A stretch of DNA of 64,000 bases from Octopus vulgaris. Taxonomy: Eukaryota. Below are positions 1-17,810 of the stretch, piece by piece; positions within the stretch are counted from its first letter, which is position 1, and each line of letters begins with the position of its first letter. Position numbers and translations under genes: made by a program. The DNA lies in the NCBI GenBank assembly GCA_951406725.2, contig OX597820.1, positions 78,802,001 to 78,866,000 on the forward strand. Direction: 5' to 3'. The notes below the pieces were generated by a model. The model made no database searches. It saw nothing but the letters and a program-made list of their open reading frames with translations, and was not told the origin of the DNA.

Positions 1-210
1 GCCATGCTGGAGCACCGCCTTTAGTCGAGCGAATCGACCGCAGGACTTATTCTTTGTAAGCCTAGTACTTATTCTATCGGTGTCTTTTGCCGATCCGCTA
101 AGTTACAAGGACGTAAATACACCAGCATCGGTTGTCAAGCGATGTTGGGGGTACAAGCAGACACGCAAACATATAACACCCCCCACCCACACACACACAC
201 ACACACACAT

Positions 211-262
<52 letters not shown>

Positions 263-418
263 GACGGGCTTCTTTCAGTTTCCGTCTACCAAATCCACTC
301 ACAAGGCTTTGGTCGGCTCGAGGCTATAGTAGAAGACACTTTCCCAAGGTGCCGCGCAGTGGGACTGAACCCGGAACCATGTGGTTGGTAAGCAAACTAC
401 TTACCACATAGCCTGCGT
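1..418 (-). mobile_element. tRNA-derived SINE, family A (3' end cut by window edge)
   Basis: Reverse complement reads from a tRNA-like head (GGCTATGTGGTAAGTAG...GGTTCCGGGTTCAGTCCC, A/B-box-like) through a body, an internal (TA)n/(CA)n tract and a tail. More than 10 similar copies occur in the window. Confidence 0.85.
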
Positions 419-696
419 CTATAAACATAAACAGAACTTTGCCAACTTCACTTCTAATTTCATCAGAGATGACATTTCCATTTACCTGTATTAGGTCGCT
501 TTGTATTATACTTGAGACTCCCGAAAACTGTTACGACCCTTCTTTAGTAGAAAGTCTAGAAGCAAACACGCTGTCGATTTCCGCAAAGCACAGCAATAGT
601 TCACGGTAATTTCCTCTACTAAGGCTGTGACTTCCTTCATCATGTCCACGTGAAGGTAACTCTTGTTTACACAGGTATAGCACTGCATTTGTTAAC

Positions 697-923
697 TCTT
701 TACTCTTTACTCTTTTACTTGTTTCAGTCATTTGACTGCGGCCATGCTGGAGCACCGCCTTTAATCGAGCAACTCGACCCCGGGACTTATTCTTTTGTAA
801 GCCCAGTACTTATTCTATCGGTCTCTTTTGCCGCCGAACCGCTAAGTAACGGGGACGTAAACACACCAGCATCGGTTCTCAAGCAATGCTAGGGGGACAA
901 ACACAGACACACAAACACACACA

Positions 924-960
<37 letters not shown>

Positions 961-1640
961 AAAAAATGAAGTTCGAAAATGCTGCTGTATTATACAATTT
1001 TTAATTTTTATATATACATTATAACATGTTTCAGTTCCTGAAATGAACCTTATCAAAAAAAAGTTATATATAAAAAGAGACAGCTCATGCCGTCAAACAC
1101 AAGAAATTCATTTATAATACACAACGGAGTCAGACATCTTAGAGTTCATGTATAGTTGATATATAGTTCATGTATAGTTGATGTATAGTTTGAAGTATAT
1201 TTCAAAGTGTTCGATGCAGTGGCCCACGGTGGCGATACGTATTCAATACAAAAAACAGATCAAAGTGGTGGAAAGCGGTCAATACAGAAGATTGATGTTT
1301 CCGAAAGAGCGAGGAATTCATTTTACCTTAAGCAATTGTGATGACCCATGGTGGAAGTTCGCTGGGTGGTTCTAGTGATTTTTTGTGAAATGCTTGGTTT
1401 TATAATGCCTGTTAGGTGGTCAATCTAGCGTAGCGTGACGTCATCAATGTTTTGACCAATATATATATACATATATACGACGGGCTTCTTTCAGTTTCGT
1501 CTACCAAATCCACTCACAAGGCTTTGGTCGGCTCGAGGCTATAGTAGAAGACACTTGCCCAAGGTGCCACGCAGTGGTACTGAACCCGGAACCATGTGGT
1601 TGGTAAGCAAACTACTTACCACACAACCACTCCTGCGCCT
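697..1640 (-). mobile_element. Family A SINE split by a ~500-bp insertion in its internal (TA)n
   Basis: 3' half at 697-930 and 5' half at 1478-1640 are collinear with intact copies (e.g. 2857-3285). Foreign sequence 958-1460 sits inside the TA tract. Confidence 0.8.
958..1460 (-). mobile_element. Probable PLE 3'-terminal fragment with hammerhead-like motif
   Basis: Minus strand 1021-1058 reads TTGATAA-GGTTC-ATTTCAG-GAACT-GAAA-CATG-TT followed by an AT-rich tail. Inserted in (TA)n. Confidence 0.45.
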
Positions 1641-1780
1641 AACTGTTTTAAATAGTGTCTATCTTCATCAGCTGCTTTGTTATGCCGTTCTTTTTCCAGT
1701 TTAGCAAACTCACTAATAACTATCACAATATCTTCTTCGGCAAACCCACTAATAGCTATCACAATATCGTACAATCCGAA

Positions 1781-2410
1781 AGGCGGCGAACTGGCAGAAA
1801 CGTTAGCACACCGAGCGAAATGCTTAGCGATATTTCATCTGTCGTTACGTTCTGAGTTCAAATTCCGCACAAGTCGACTTTGCCTTTCATGCTTTCAGGG
1901 GTCTATAAATTAAGTACCAGGGATCTTTTCGTTTTGACCGGCAGTTTTTTAAAATAATTTCCACACAACTAAACACTTTTAAACTTCATACACTGGTAGA
2001 ATGTGTTTATAAAAAATCTTTTTCTCTTGGCTTTATTGAGAACATTCTATGGTTTGTAAGATATTTGTTGTTTTTTTCTTCAATTTCTGCAATTTCAACC
2101 AATCAATGACGTCTATTGAGGTGAAAACATTCTGTACCGTATGAACATGTCCCTCGTTTAAGAAACAGATTGGGTTTATTTACATTTCTGAAGAAAAAAA
2201 GATACCCTTCCCCCCACCCCTAACCCTAAAAAAGATTGAAATGCAATAGATCTATACTAGGGTCATAATTATGGGTGACAATTTCATATGACACCGCTAG
2301 AAAAAACTGCCGTTCAAACCGAAAAGATCCAGTACCAGTTGCGTACTGGGTTCGATCTAATCGACTGGCCCCTTCCCAAAAAATTTTCGGCCTTATGCCT
2401 AGAGTGGAAA
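1781..2410 (+). mobile_element. tRNA-derived SINE, family B (interrupted by a MITE)
   Basis: Head GGCGGCGAACTGGCAGAAACGTTAG, B-box-like GAGTTCAAATTCC and core GCCTTTCAT...ATAAATTAAGTACCAG. The tail resumes after 2338. Confidence 0.8.
1921..2330. mobile_element. MITE with ~30-bp TIRs and 8-bp TSD (possibly Merlin-type)
   Basis: Left TIR GGATCTTTTCGTTTTGACCGGCAGTTTTTT; right TIR (rc) [41 protein letters not shown] at 1913-1920 and 2331-2338. Confidence 0.85.
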
Positions 2411-2648
2411 AGAATAAAATATTACTCAGTCCGAAAGTTTTCAAGCTTTTCTAACTACTTAAATGACTGCCTGATTTACTGTGGTGCCTCCAGTCAGTCA
2501 GGATGTTTCTAGAATTTATTATAGCCTCCGTCTGTCCACGACGACTGATTAGCTTTTGCTTGAAACGACAAACATGGCCAGCAGTTGCACAAAACCAATC
2601 AATCTGTTCATACCAGTTTATCTGGAATGTTCTAGTTCCAACTTTAGA

Positions 2649-2657
2649 CAGACAGTC

Positions 2658-2697
<40 letters not shown>

Positions 2698-2815
2698 GGG
2701 CAGGCAGGCAGGCAGGCAGACAGGCAGACAGACAGACAGACAGACAGGCAGACAGACAGACAGACAGACGGACGGACAGACGGATGGGTAGGTAGGTTGG
2801 TAGGTAGGTAGGTAG
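2649..2815. repeat. Compound (GACA)n/(GGCA)n/(GGTA)n microsatellite
   Basis: Visible tetranucleotide runs. Confidence 0.95.
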
Positions 2816-2856
2816 ATGCAGTCTTATATATATATTCATATATTTATGTTCGATAT

Positions 2857-3024
2857 GCAGGAGTGGCTGTGTGGTAAGTAGCTTGCTAACCAACCACATA
2901 GTTCCGGGTTCAGTCCCACTGCGTGGCATCTTGAGCAAGTGTCTTCTGCTATAGCCCCGGGCCGACCAAGGCCTTGTGAGTGGATTTGGTAGACGGAAAC
3001 TGAAAGAAGCCTGTCGTATATATG

Positions 3025-3095
<71 letters not shown>

Positions 3096-3285
3096 GTTTG
3101 TCCCCCCTAGCATTGCTTGACAACCGATGCTGGTGTGTTTCCGTCCCCGTCACTTAGCGGTTCGGCAAAAGACACCGATAGAATAAGTACTGGGCTTACA
3201 AAGAATAAGTCCCGGGGTCGATTTGCTCGACTAAAGGCGGTGCTCCAGCATGGTCACAGTCAAATGACTGAAACAAGTAAAAGAG
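2857..3285 (+). mobile_element. Family A SINE, near full length
   Basis: Head GCAGGAGTGGCTGTGTGGTAAGTAG...GGGTTCAGTCCC, internal (TA)(TG) tract, tail CAGCATGG...GAAACAAGTAAAAGAG. Confidence 0.88.
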
Positions 3286-3435
3286 TATGCGTGTATGAAA
3301 GTATATAAATATATGTGCGTGTGCGTGTGTATTATATAATCATTTAAGGAATGGTTTCTATAGTTTTGTGCCAAAAATCATTCTTTAGTCTGACTTAGAA
3401 ATTGATTGGCATCTCGTCAGACCATGTGAATACAA

Positions 3436-3436
<1 letters not shown>

Positions 3437-3500
<64 letters not shown>

Positions 3501-3622
3501 TTTTTGCGTGTGTGTGTGTGTATTTGTTTGTGCGTGTGCATGTGTATGTGTGTGTGCGTTTGTACGTGTGTCCCCGTGTTTGTGTGTGTGTGTCTGTGCG
3601 TTTGTATTTGTGTTTGTGCGTG

Positions 3623-3679
<57 letters not shown>

Positions 3680-3697
3680 GTGTGCGTGTGTGTGTGT
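3437..3697. repeat. Degenerate (TG)n microsatellite
   Basis: Visible dinucleotide run. Confidence 0.95.
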
Positions 3698-4261
3698 CTC
3701 AGCCACAGAAACCATGCTCTTGGCTTTCCTCATCTTAAATTCATGTTTTTTTTTTTTTAATTCACAAACTTGTCTTCGTTTTCATTGCTATATTAATTAA
3801 ACGTTATTAATTTCTTGATTAACAAATTGCAAATTAATGTGTCCTTGGGCCACCAGTTTGTCTCCAGATAACATGACTGAATATACCTAAGCTTTGATGT
3901 GGTTCTTGATTACGCAAAAGATCTTTCGTTCCTTTCTACTTGTTTTCGAAACTTTTATATTTTATTGGACAGTCATACTTGTACTTGTTATTCAAATAAC
4001 TGGTCAGTTATTCCTCTTAGCTAATTTTTCTTCAAATCATGCAAATAACCCAGGTCATAACTCTTTTCTACACTTTTTCGTGCAAGTCTAAGTCTTTTGT
4101 CGCCTTACCTACTGGAAAATGTCGTGCGGATGACGGTTAGTGAGCCAGAAACACGTGTCTCGTTTGTCCTTTTATCGCCAGACAATAAGCCTGTCTTTTT
4201 CTTTAATGACATATCAACTTGGAGAATTCTTGAATCTTGAGATTACCTCCCCTTATCCATT

Positions 4262-4510
4262 GGAAGTGCGTGGCTTAGTGGCTAGGGGTGTTGGAAGGTA
4301 ATCGTAAGATTGTAGTTTCGATTCTTGGACCGGGTGATGCGTTGTGTTCTTGAGCAAAGCACTTCATTTCACGTTGCTCCAGTTCACTCAGCTGGCAAAA
4401 ATGGGTAATCCTGCGAAAGACTGGCGTCCTATCCACTTTGGGGATATATACATCATTGAAACCAAGAAACTGGTTCTTGATGAGGCTGGCATGACTCTGG
4501 AATGAAACAT
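4262..4510 (+). mobile_element. tRNA-derived SINE, family C
   Basis: A-box-like GTGGCTTAGTGG, B-box-like GTTTCGATTC and core TGTGTTCTTGAGCAAAGCACTTCATTTCACGTTGCTC. Homologous copies at 15318, 39405 and 55468. Confidence 0.75.
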
Positions 4511-5086
4511 TTATTTATTTATTTTCATCAAAAATGGAGCCGGTCTTCATTGCCATTTTCTAATTATGACCCATCCTTCCCGGGGCGGCGGTCATTTTAA
4601 TACATTAAGAATTTATATCGTATGTTACATGACAAACTTATATTCTTCTGTAACTATACTTTCTGAACAACACAATGAAACAATTATTTCGCATATAAAT
4701 TAAAATGCCTTACGCACAACCTGGATACATCTACATTTACAGACTTAGATGTCCTTCAAGTAAAAGTTCGGTAAGAAAACAACAGAATTCAATGCAAAAA
4801 CGGTTGAGAACCATATCAAAATTATGTTGCTTTAAACCAGTCATCGACAAACTGCGGCCATCTTGACTTTCTGTATGTCACATGATTTATGACTCATGAT
4901 TTATGACTCATGTCTAATTAAAACATTAAACTCTATTCTTTAATGAGATACATTAATGGATGAACACTGTATTTCATATACCAGTTTTTATGTAAGAACC
5001 CGCCTGGTATTGTCCCACACCCACAGTGTCACACAGTGCGGTCCGCCCACAGCCACTCTTTAGATGATGGGTGTGTGTGTGGATAC

Positions 5087-5155
<69 letters not shown>

Positions 5156-5156
5156 G

Positions 5157-5196
<40 letters not shown>

Positions 5197-5408
5197 TTTG
5201 CCATATTTCGGGATGGTCAGCTTTTTTTTTCCTTTTTGCCAAATAAATACACTCATTATATATTCGTTCTTCACTTCGGCTTTATTATTGATCTTACTTT
5301 GTATTCTTTGTCTGATATCTTTCGTCACACTGCTGTGACCGCTCCAGCGATTCTCCATCCCACGTATCTCTCTTGTTCTCTTTAGTCCAATCTAACAAAA
5401 ATAAAAAT

Positions 5409-5442
<34 letters not shown>

Positions 5443-5519
5443 TGCGAAAATCCTGGTTCAGCCAAGGTCCCCAGCATGGCTGCAATCCAGTGCCTCAAAC
5501 CACTAAACGAAAGAATAAA

Positions 5520-5556
5520 AGGATACATACATATATTCACATACATACATGCATAT

Positions 5557-5617
<61 letters not shown>

Positions 5618-5704
5618 GAGAGAGAGAGCGAGGGAGCGGGAGAGAGAGAGAGAGAGAGAGAGAGTGAGAGAGAGAGAGCGAGAGAGAGAGATTGACAGAC
5701 ATAC

Positions 5705-5766
<62 letters not shown>

Positions 5767-5789
5767 AGATATAGATATTCATGTATGTG

Positions 5790-5822
<33 letters not shown>

Positions 5823-6137
5823 ATGTATGTATATATATATATATATATGTATGTCTATATATATATATATATATACATACAAATGATATGCGCACACATC
5901 CCACATACATATATTCACACACACACATTTATATATATATGTATGCATGTATGTACGTATGTATATAAATACATGTTTAAATGTAAATATGCATATATAT
6001 ATATATACATACATACATAAATATGTATGTATATAAATATATATTTATATGTAAATATGCATATATATATATATATATATATATTATACATATTGTGTAT
6101 ATATATATATATATGGCGGTGCCCCAGCATATATACA

Positions 6138-6202
<65 letters not shown>

Positions 6203-6357
6203 TATTTACATATAAACATATATATATATACATACATATTTATGTGTATATATATATACTTAAATATGTATTTTTATGTAAATATGCATATATATATATA
6301 TTATACATATTGTATATATATATATATATATGTATATAATATATACATATATATATA
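5520..6357. repeat. Compound microsatellite field (TA, GA, GATA, TACA)
   Basis: Visible runs with recurring TGTAAATATGCATATATA sub-units. Confidence 0.9.
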
Positions 6358-8954
<2,597 letters not shown>

Positions 8955-8983
8955 ATACCTGTACATCATCTCCAAACCTTCCG

Positions 8984-9016
<33 letters not shown>

Positions 9017-9064
9017 CATATGCATAAATATGTATGCATATAAATAAATTTTCATATGTAAATA

Positions 9065-9115
<51 letters not shown>

Positions 9116-9209
9116 GTATATACATCTATGTATGTATGTATGTATGTATGTATGTATGTATGTACATATATACCTAAGAAGATACCCATACACAGATACA
9201 TCTACATAA

Positions 9210-9243
<34 letters not shown>

Positions 9244-9539
9244 TGGGTGGTCGGCCACACGCAAGTTACACGTTACATTTGACTTCACTCTCTCTATATG
9301 TTTTGTACTTTCTCACACACAATTGAAAGTGCCCTCAATGTGTGTTCAATGATACAGCGATACGCTCAATAAAAGTTAAGTATACATACGCTCTAAAAGC
9401 AAAACGACAGGTACAGTTAGATACGACCCGACACACACACACACACAGGTATACATAAGGCTTTTCCCTTCTTTCTCTTTTTCTCCTTTCGTTCCATCCT
9501 CTGTAATTATATCTACGATAGGCCAACAGCACGCACCTG

Positions 9540-9780
9540 CTCTATTGCACATTCAACATTGCCGTCGGCAAATTTTACAAAAATCACGTTGGCACGTGAC
9601 CACCTACGTAGAGCTCATTATTAGCCAATAAGAAGCGCGTAATTCAAAAATTACATTCACCATTGCCCACGACCAATCATCGAAGTCCATGTCCAATTCA
9701 AAATAACAAAAAATATAGAAAAACACACTTTTTTACCCTCGGTTCTTTGTTCTGTGTTCGTAGACTGGCAACGGCCTTTT
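9540..9780. promoter_or_regulatory. Possible promoter-like island
   Basis: Non-repetitive patch with CACGTG (9593), CCAAT x3 (9625, 9673, 9693) and TTCAAA x2 (9643, 9697). Motif clustering only. Confidence 0.25.
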
Positions 9781-10112
9781 TTTATGTGTGTATTTATTGT
9801 CTATGTGTACGTGTGCCATCGTGTGTGTATGTGTTTGTGTGAGTACGTGTATCTGTGAGTGTATACATATCGGCATTTTGTGTAAGTCTGTAAACGTGTG
9901 TCTCCGTAGGTGTGAATGTGTGCGTGTTGTACGTATCTGAGTGTGTGTGTGTGTGTGTGATTATGTCTGAAATACCAGCTACCTACCAACCACACTTATT
10001 TAACAATGATTTGCTAACGTTGACGCAAAACTAGCAATTCTCACCTTAATTAGAATGAAACTAATGAATAAAAATAACAATGTCAGCAAGTTAGCCTGTG
10101 CATAAATTATAT

Positions 10113-11930
<1,818 letters not shown>

Positions 11931-12635
11931 TAGACATTTTGCGCGCGAGCGCGTGTTTGTGTGTAAGCGAATGCGTGCGTGCACATAAATTAATGGGTAA
12001 CGATTATAATAATATAAACAATTTTGAAACATTCCATACAGAATACATACATATAAAAAAAAAAAAAAGAAGTATGGATATATATGTATGTGAATATGAT
12101 ATTTCAGCTTATGTATTCTATTGTTACAGCTTGTCTGTGTATATATATATTCGTATGTGTAGACGAGACGCTTTGTTTTCTGGTCAACGTTTGTTGATAT
12201 ATTTAGTTTTTGAAAGAAAAAAAATTTGTATAAAGCGAGTTCTTTCGATATTTCTTAATCTTCAGATCTAGCCACAGCTTTGGAAAAAAATTTTTATTTT
12301 AATTCAGATTTTTATTTTCATTTAACTAATTTATCTAATTTATCTAATAATTTCAATGATTTTTAAATACACTCGCAGGCATGTATGCATGTATGTTTGT
12401 ATGTTTGTATGTATGTTTGCATGAATGTATGTAACTACGTATGTGCGTATTTATGCATGCATGTGGGTATGCATGTGTATGTATGTATGTTTGCGTCTAT
12501 GGATGTATGCATGTATACATGTATGCAAGCATACATGTATGAATGTATGTATGCATGCATGTATGTATGTATGTATGTACGTATCTCTCTCTATATATAT
12601 ATATATACATATATATATATACATACATACATACA

Positions 12636-12685
<50 letters not shown>

Positions 12686-12687
12686 AC

Positions 12688-12765
12688 TTAACTTTGGTGA
12701 CTTTAATAGCTTTCGGCCAGTGTAGGCCCAGGCCATGTCTAACTTAATAGCACCACCTGGTTAAG
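12688..12765 (-). mobile_element. Solo 3' tail of CR1-group LINE
   Basis: Reverse complement CAGGTGGTGCTATTAAGTTAGACATGGCCTGG...GGCCGAAA matches the tail at 31116-31170. Confidence 0.55.
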
Positions 12766-12898
12766 TCTTATGCGGCACCATCGCCCACTCTAGCAAAGAG
12801 TTATTATTGTAGGAGACATATCCGGGTGTAAAAGATTAGTCCGGGATTTGGTGCCCCAGCATGGCCGCAGTCTAATGACTGAAACAAGTAAAAGAGCA

Positions 12899-12974
<76 letters not shown>

Positions 12975-13128
12975 TAAATATATGGCTAATTATCTATGTA
13001 GACAGACACGTTGGTGAGTATGTAGGTACGTACTTAGGCTGATAAATAGGTACGCGTATAAGTATGTGTATTTACCTGTGTGTATATGTATATACTTATA
13101 TATACATTCATATTTTGCCCGTATATAC

Positions 13129-13242
<114 letters not shown>

Positions 13243-13249
13243 GTGTGTA

Positions 13250-14450
13250 GTTGACATAGCCGATCTGGGTTGTATCAGTGACGTTAATCCCCAACACATT
13301 ATATCGAACATAATGTTTGGCACCCCTGATGTCTTAGCGGCAATAAACGAAATTAAAAACAATTCATCAATAATCCCTGATAGGTTCCCTGCTTGTGTCC
13401 TGAAGGTGTGTCGACACCAATTTGCATCTCCTCTCGCTAATCTGTGGAGCAACTTACTGGATGCTGGTTATATTCCTGAAAACTTTCTGTCCCAGTTTGT
13501 TGTCCTAGTTTTCAAAATGGGCAACAAGTCCCTTGCAGTGAACTACCGTCCGATCTCACTCACCTCTCATATCATCAAGGTATTTGAGTAGGGTGGTGAG
13601 ATCACAAATAACCCATTTTCTGGAAAGCAACAGACTGCTGAACCCCAACCAACATGGGTTCCGTAATGGGAAGAACTGCCTAACGCAGCTCCTGCATCAC
13701 TTTGATGAAATTGTGAGAGCTTTGGGAGAGGGCTGCAACACCGATGTCATCTACCTTGATTTTAGCAAGGCCTTCGACAGGGTTGATCATAAGATTCTCT
13801 TGGAAAAACGATCCAACATTGGTGTCTCTGGAAAGTTACTACAATGGATCAAGTGTTTCCTGACAGGCAGAACCCAAAACGTTGGAGTCGAAGGAGTAAA
13901 ATCAATCCCAGCCAAAGTCAGCAGTGGTGTTTCACAAGCTGCTGTGTTGGGCGCACTTCTTTTCATCATCTACATCAATGACATTACTGGCATCATCAAG
14001 CACAGAAACATAAGAATCTTTGCAGATTATTCCAAGCGCCAGAAGGTCATCAATGAAGTGGGGGACCGGACATGCCGTCAGTCAGATCTACTGGCTGTCA
14101 TCCAATGGACGGAAAAGAATAATATGCTGCTGAACGAGGACAAAATTGAGTTAATCCACTTCGGAAAAGAGGATACTCTGAAACTCCCATACTCCCTTCC
14201 TTCAGATGAAATTCTAATGGCATCCAATAACATCAGAGACTTGGGGGTAATTGTGGAAAACAACATAAGCTGGGCCGCTCATATAAACAGCAAAGTTGAC
14301 ATGGCCAGCAGAATGTGTTTCTGGATAATCACACCATTATCCTTCTCCTCTTCACTCTTGCCCGACCCCACCTTGAATACTGTTGTCCACTGTGGTGTCC
14401 CCACACGAAACAAAGTATCATGAAAATTGAAGCACCTCAAAGGTCAATTA
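13250..14450 (+). pseudogene. Degenerate CR1/Jockey-group LINE reverse transcriptase
   Basis: Motifs NYRPISLTSHIIKVFE, NQHGFR, VIYLDFSKAFDRVDH, SGVSQAAVLGALLFIIYIND, FADY (YADD mutated) and IRDLGV. Frameshift near 13590. Confidence 0.9.
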
Positions 14451-14776
14451 AAAAAAAAAGATAAAGTGCATGCAGGGCCGAATTAAGAGACCCATAGAGG
14501 CCCTAATCACTTAAAAGGTGTTGGTGCCCTCAAGTATATGTAAATGGTTCAAAATATAAACAAAAATAATTCAAAATGTAAACGATAATAAACCATAAAA
14601 TAAATTTTTATTTTTCAAAATTAAACAAAATTCACAGCAAGACGGAAAATAATGCTTATTTTTGTATGCTTCCACTTTATTTATGTTTGAAGAGTTTTCT
14701 CCTTCATTTTTTTTTTTAGATTGCAAAGTGTTCGATGATAGAAGTGGCTGTGTGGTAAGTAGCTTGCTTACGAACC

Positions 14777-14879
<103 letters not shown>

Positions 14880-15054
14880 CACACACACACTCGCAAACTT
14901 GTGTTTGACAGCACGCGTTTGATGCAATTCTAAAACCGCAAACATTACGCAAATTTTCACTTCGAATTTTTGCATAAACTGGTGTTGCAAGCAGTGTTGC
15001 TACAGAAACAATTGTAACGAATCTTTAAACATGTGTTAAAGAATTTTCCTTGTC

Positions 15055-15205
15055 TGATTTACGTTCTGAGTTCAAATTCCGCCGAGGTCGACTTTGCCTT
15101 TCATTTTTTCGGGGTCGAGAAATTACGTACCTGTTGTGTACTGACGGTCGATCTAATCGACTGGCCCCCTCCCCAAAAATTTCGGGCCTTGTGCCTAGAG
15201 TAGAA
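15055..15205 (+). mobile_element. Family B SINE, 5'-truncated
   Basis: GTTCTGAGTTCAAATTCCGCCGAGGTCGACTTTGCCTTTCAT through tail GGCCTTGTGCCTAGAGTAGAAA. Confidence 0.8.
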
Positions 15206-15317
15206 AATAATTATTTGGAGTGTGTGTGTTAATACATACACATACATATATATATACACGTGCCTACATATATATGTATAATATCCGAGATATGCAATTG
15301 AGGCAGTAAAGATAAAG

Positions 15318-15566
15318 GTTACTTTCTCAGGTCATCCTGACTCATAAGGACCAGTTTCTCAGTTTGCATGGCGTATATCCCCCATCTGGATGGGACGCCA
15401 GTCCATCGCAGGATTAACTCATTTTTGCGAGTTAAGTGAACTCGAGCAAAGTGAAATGAAGTGTTTTGCTCAAGAACACAATGCCTCACCCGGTCCTGGA
15501 ATCGAAACCACAATCTTACGATCATGAGTCCAACACCCCTAACCACTAAACCACGCGCGTCTCCAC
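15318..15566 (-). mobile_element. Family C SINE
   Basis: Reverse-complement homologue of 4262-4510. Confidence 0.75.
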
Positions 15567-16749
15567 AAGTGAGGCAGTAAGACATCTATGAATCATATTT
15601 AATAAATATACACTGTTGATAGGCCAGTTACAGCAGTATTTGTTCTGAGATAACATCTCTTATGGTTGTGCTGTTTTAAAAACACACTAAACCTCAGAGA
15701 AACAATATATCGTTCTAGCAGCGGTCAGCAAGACCTTCAGATGCACTCTAGCTTTTGTGGGGCTTTTCAATGGACATACAAGCAGCCAGCCACACAGTCA
15801 AACGAGACGACGAATTCGTTGAATCATCCACTGGACATCTTCATATAGTCGTGCTTTTTTTGTAGAGTACGAGATCGTCGTCTTTAGACAGGGTGACTTA
15901 GCTATATTTTTAAAACGACAAGAGTGAAGAGCGTCGAGGGACCCCCGTATACGTTTTCCATACAGCTTATCAAATCATAGAGATAAATATCAAGATTCTT
16001 GTACCAATATTTTTATGAAGTTTGTTTACAAAGCTGTGCATAAGCATTATTATGACAATTGTCATCTCAAAGGCACATTAGAATCAGAATATATTCACAC
16101 ATTAAAAAGAATATTCCAATAAAATATATTATAGAATATACGATATAAAATATAGAATATTCCAGTAAAAACAGCAACCCAGTGCAAACACAACAGACCA
16201 GGTATTATTTTTCACGATCAAAGAACGAAGTTTATGCATTGTAGCAGAGGTCCAATTCCCAAGCGGTTTTAAATATTCAGCATAATAAAAATAGGGCACA
16301 CGGGACGATAAAGGAAATAAGGAAATGAAGTTGGAAAACACGCACACAAATGGACGCAGATATGATCAATTCCTCGTCAGTTGTCGACCAAATATCATTA
16401 CGATTTCGACAGTTTACGATTGTATTATTTGGTGATATCAGAACATAAGTGACTGGGGATTAAATGGGCGGACATGAGAGACGAAGACGAACGGAAAGCG
16501 AATGACACAAGTACAATTACAAGACAATATTAGGTTTGTAGACCGAACGGTAAATAAAAGACGAGTTATGAAACGAGAGGAACAAATTAGCAAAGGCAGT
16601 AACAAAATTGTAAACAACACAGAGAGATATTCGTATCCAAAGCGTGTCGTCTTTCTACAATAATGAACTGCAACAAGACTTACTTGTATTCTGGTTATGC
16701 ATCTCCATTTTAACTATTATCATAGTTGCACTGTACTACGTAACAACAG

Positions 16750-17810
16750 ATTTACAAAACGTCTGTAAATGTTGGTATTTCTGAGAAACAATTTAAACAA
16801 ACTAACTGACGGCCTTCAAATTTAATAAATACTGTAATGAAAATTTACGAAACAACACGAAGGTTCTCCAATTAGATCTCCGAGAAGGAATTTTTATACG
16901 TCGTTACGTATGTATTGATACATTGTGGCATACACACGAATACATAAATAAATTTCGAAGGTTATACTTTGCAATCCAAGAAGAGGAGATTGCTATGAAA
17001 TGCTTAATGAACAAAAGAGACAGTGAAGCCGTTGGAGTTCCAAGATGCAACCGAAAATGTAGATTGTGTCACATTTCTGTGGAAGATATCCGACATGGGA
17101 TTAGCAACTGGCCAACAATGTCATCAAGGTACTACCTCCCTATAGGACACAATGTTATCCGGTTAAAGACTGTCCTGAGCTCTTTCACCATTGGCAAGAA
17201 ATCTTAAAATAATGAAAAATAATAACACACATACATACATACATACATACATACATACATACATACATACATACATACATACATACAGTTGTAAAAATTT
17301 GCTGCTCGACGAATGTTAACATAAAGATCAATGAAAAAGAGAGAACACCTATGCTGAACTATTGAGAAATCTGCAGGTACTCTATCCAGATTACAAGTTC
17401 AGGTTTATACATGTAATTATTGAAGCCCTGGGATAAGTAACGCACTACCTAAATATCAATCTTGAGAAATTAGGCTTCTCAAAACCAGAATGGAGAAAGC
17501 TAATTCGAAGACTACAGATCTAATCCATCACATGAACTGTAAAAATCTGTAAAACTTTCCAGAAGTTTATCATTTAAATATATATGATCATGTCTAGATA
17601 TGCAACTATATGCATGAGAATATATACATAAAGCAAAACATACAAATCTGCACACACACATACATACATACATACATACATACATACATACATACATACA
17701 AAAATACCCCTGTTGTTGATGTTGAAATATTCCAGTGAAGAAGACTTGGATCTAGGTAAGAAACCGGTTCTTCCTCTATTGGCAAGAAATCTTGAAATAA
17801 ACTGAATAAG
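16750..17810 (+). pseudogene. Degenerate R4/Dong-like (restriction-like endonuclease) LINE 3' region
   Basis: FAIQEEEI...KCRLCHISVEDIRHGISNWP (decayed CCHC knuckle) and YAELLRNLQVLYPDYKFRFIHVII-like segment. 3' end runs into (TACA)n. Confidence 0.6.
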
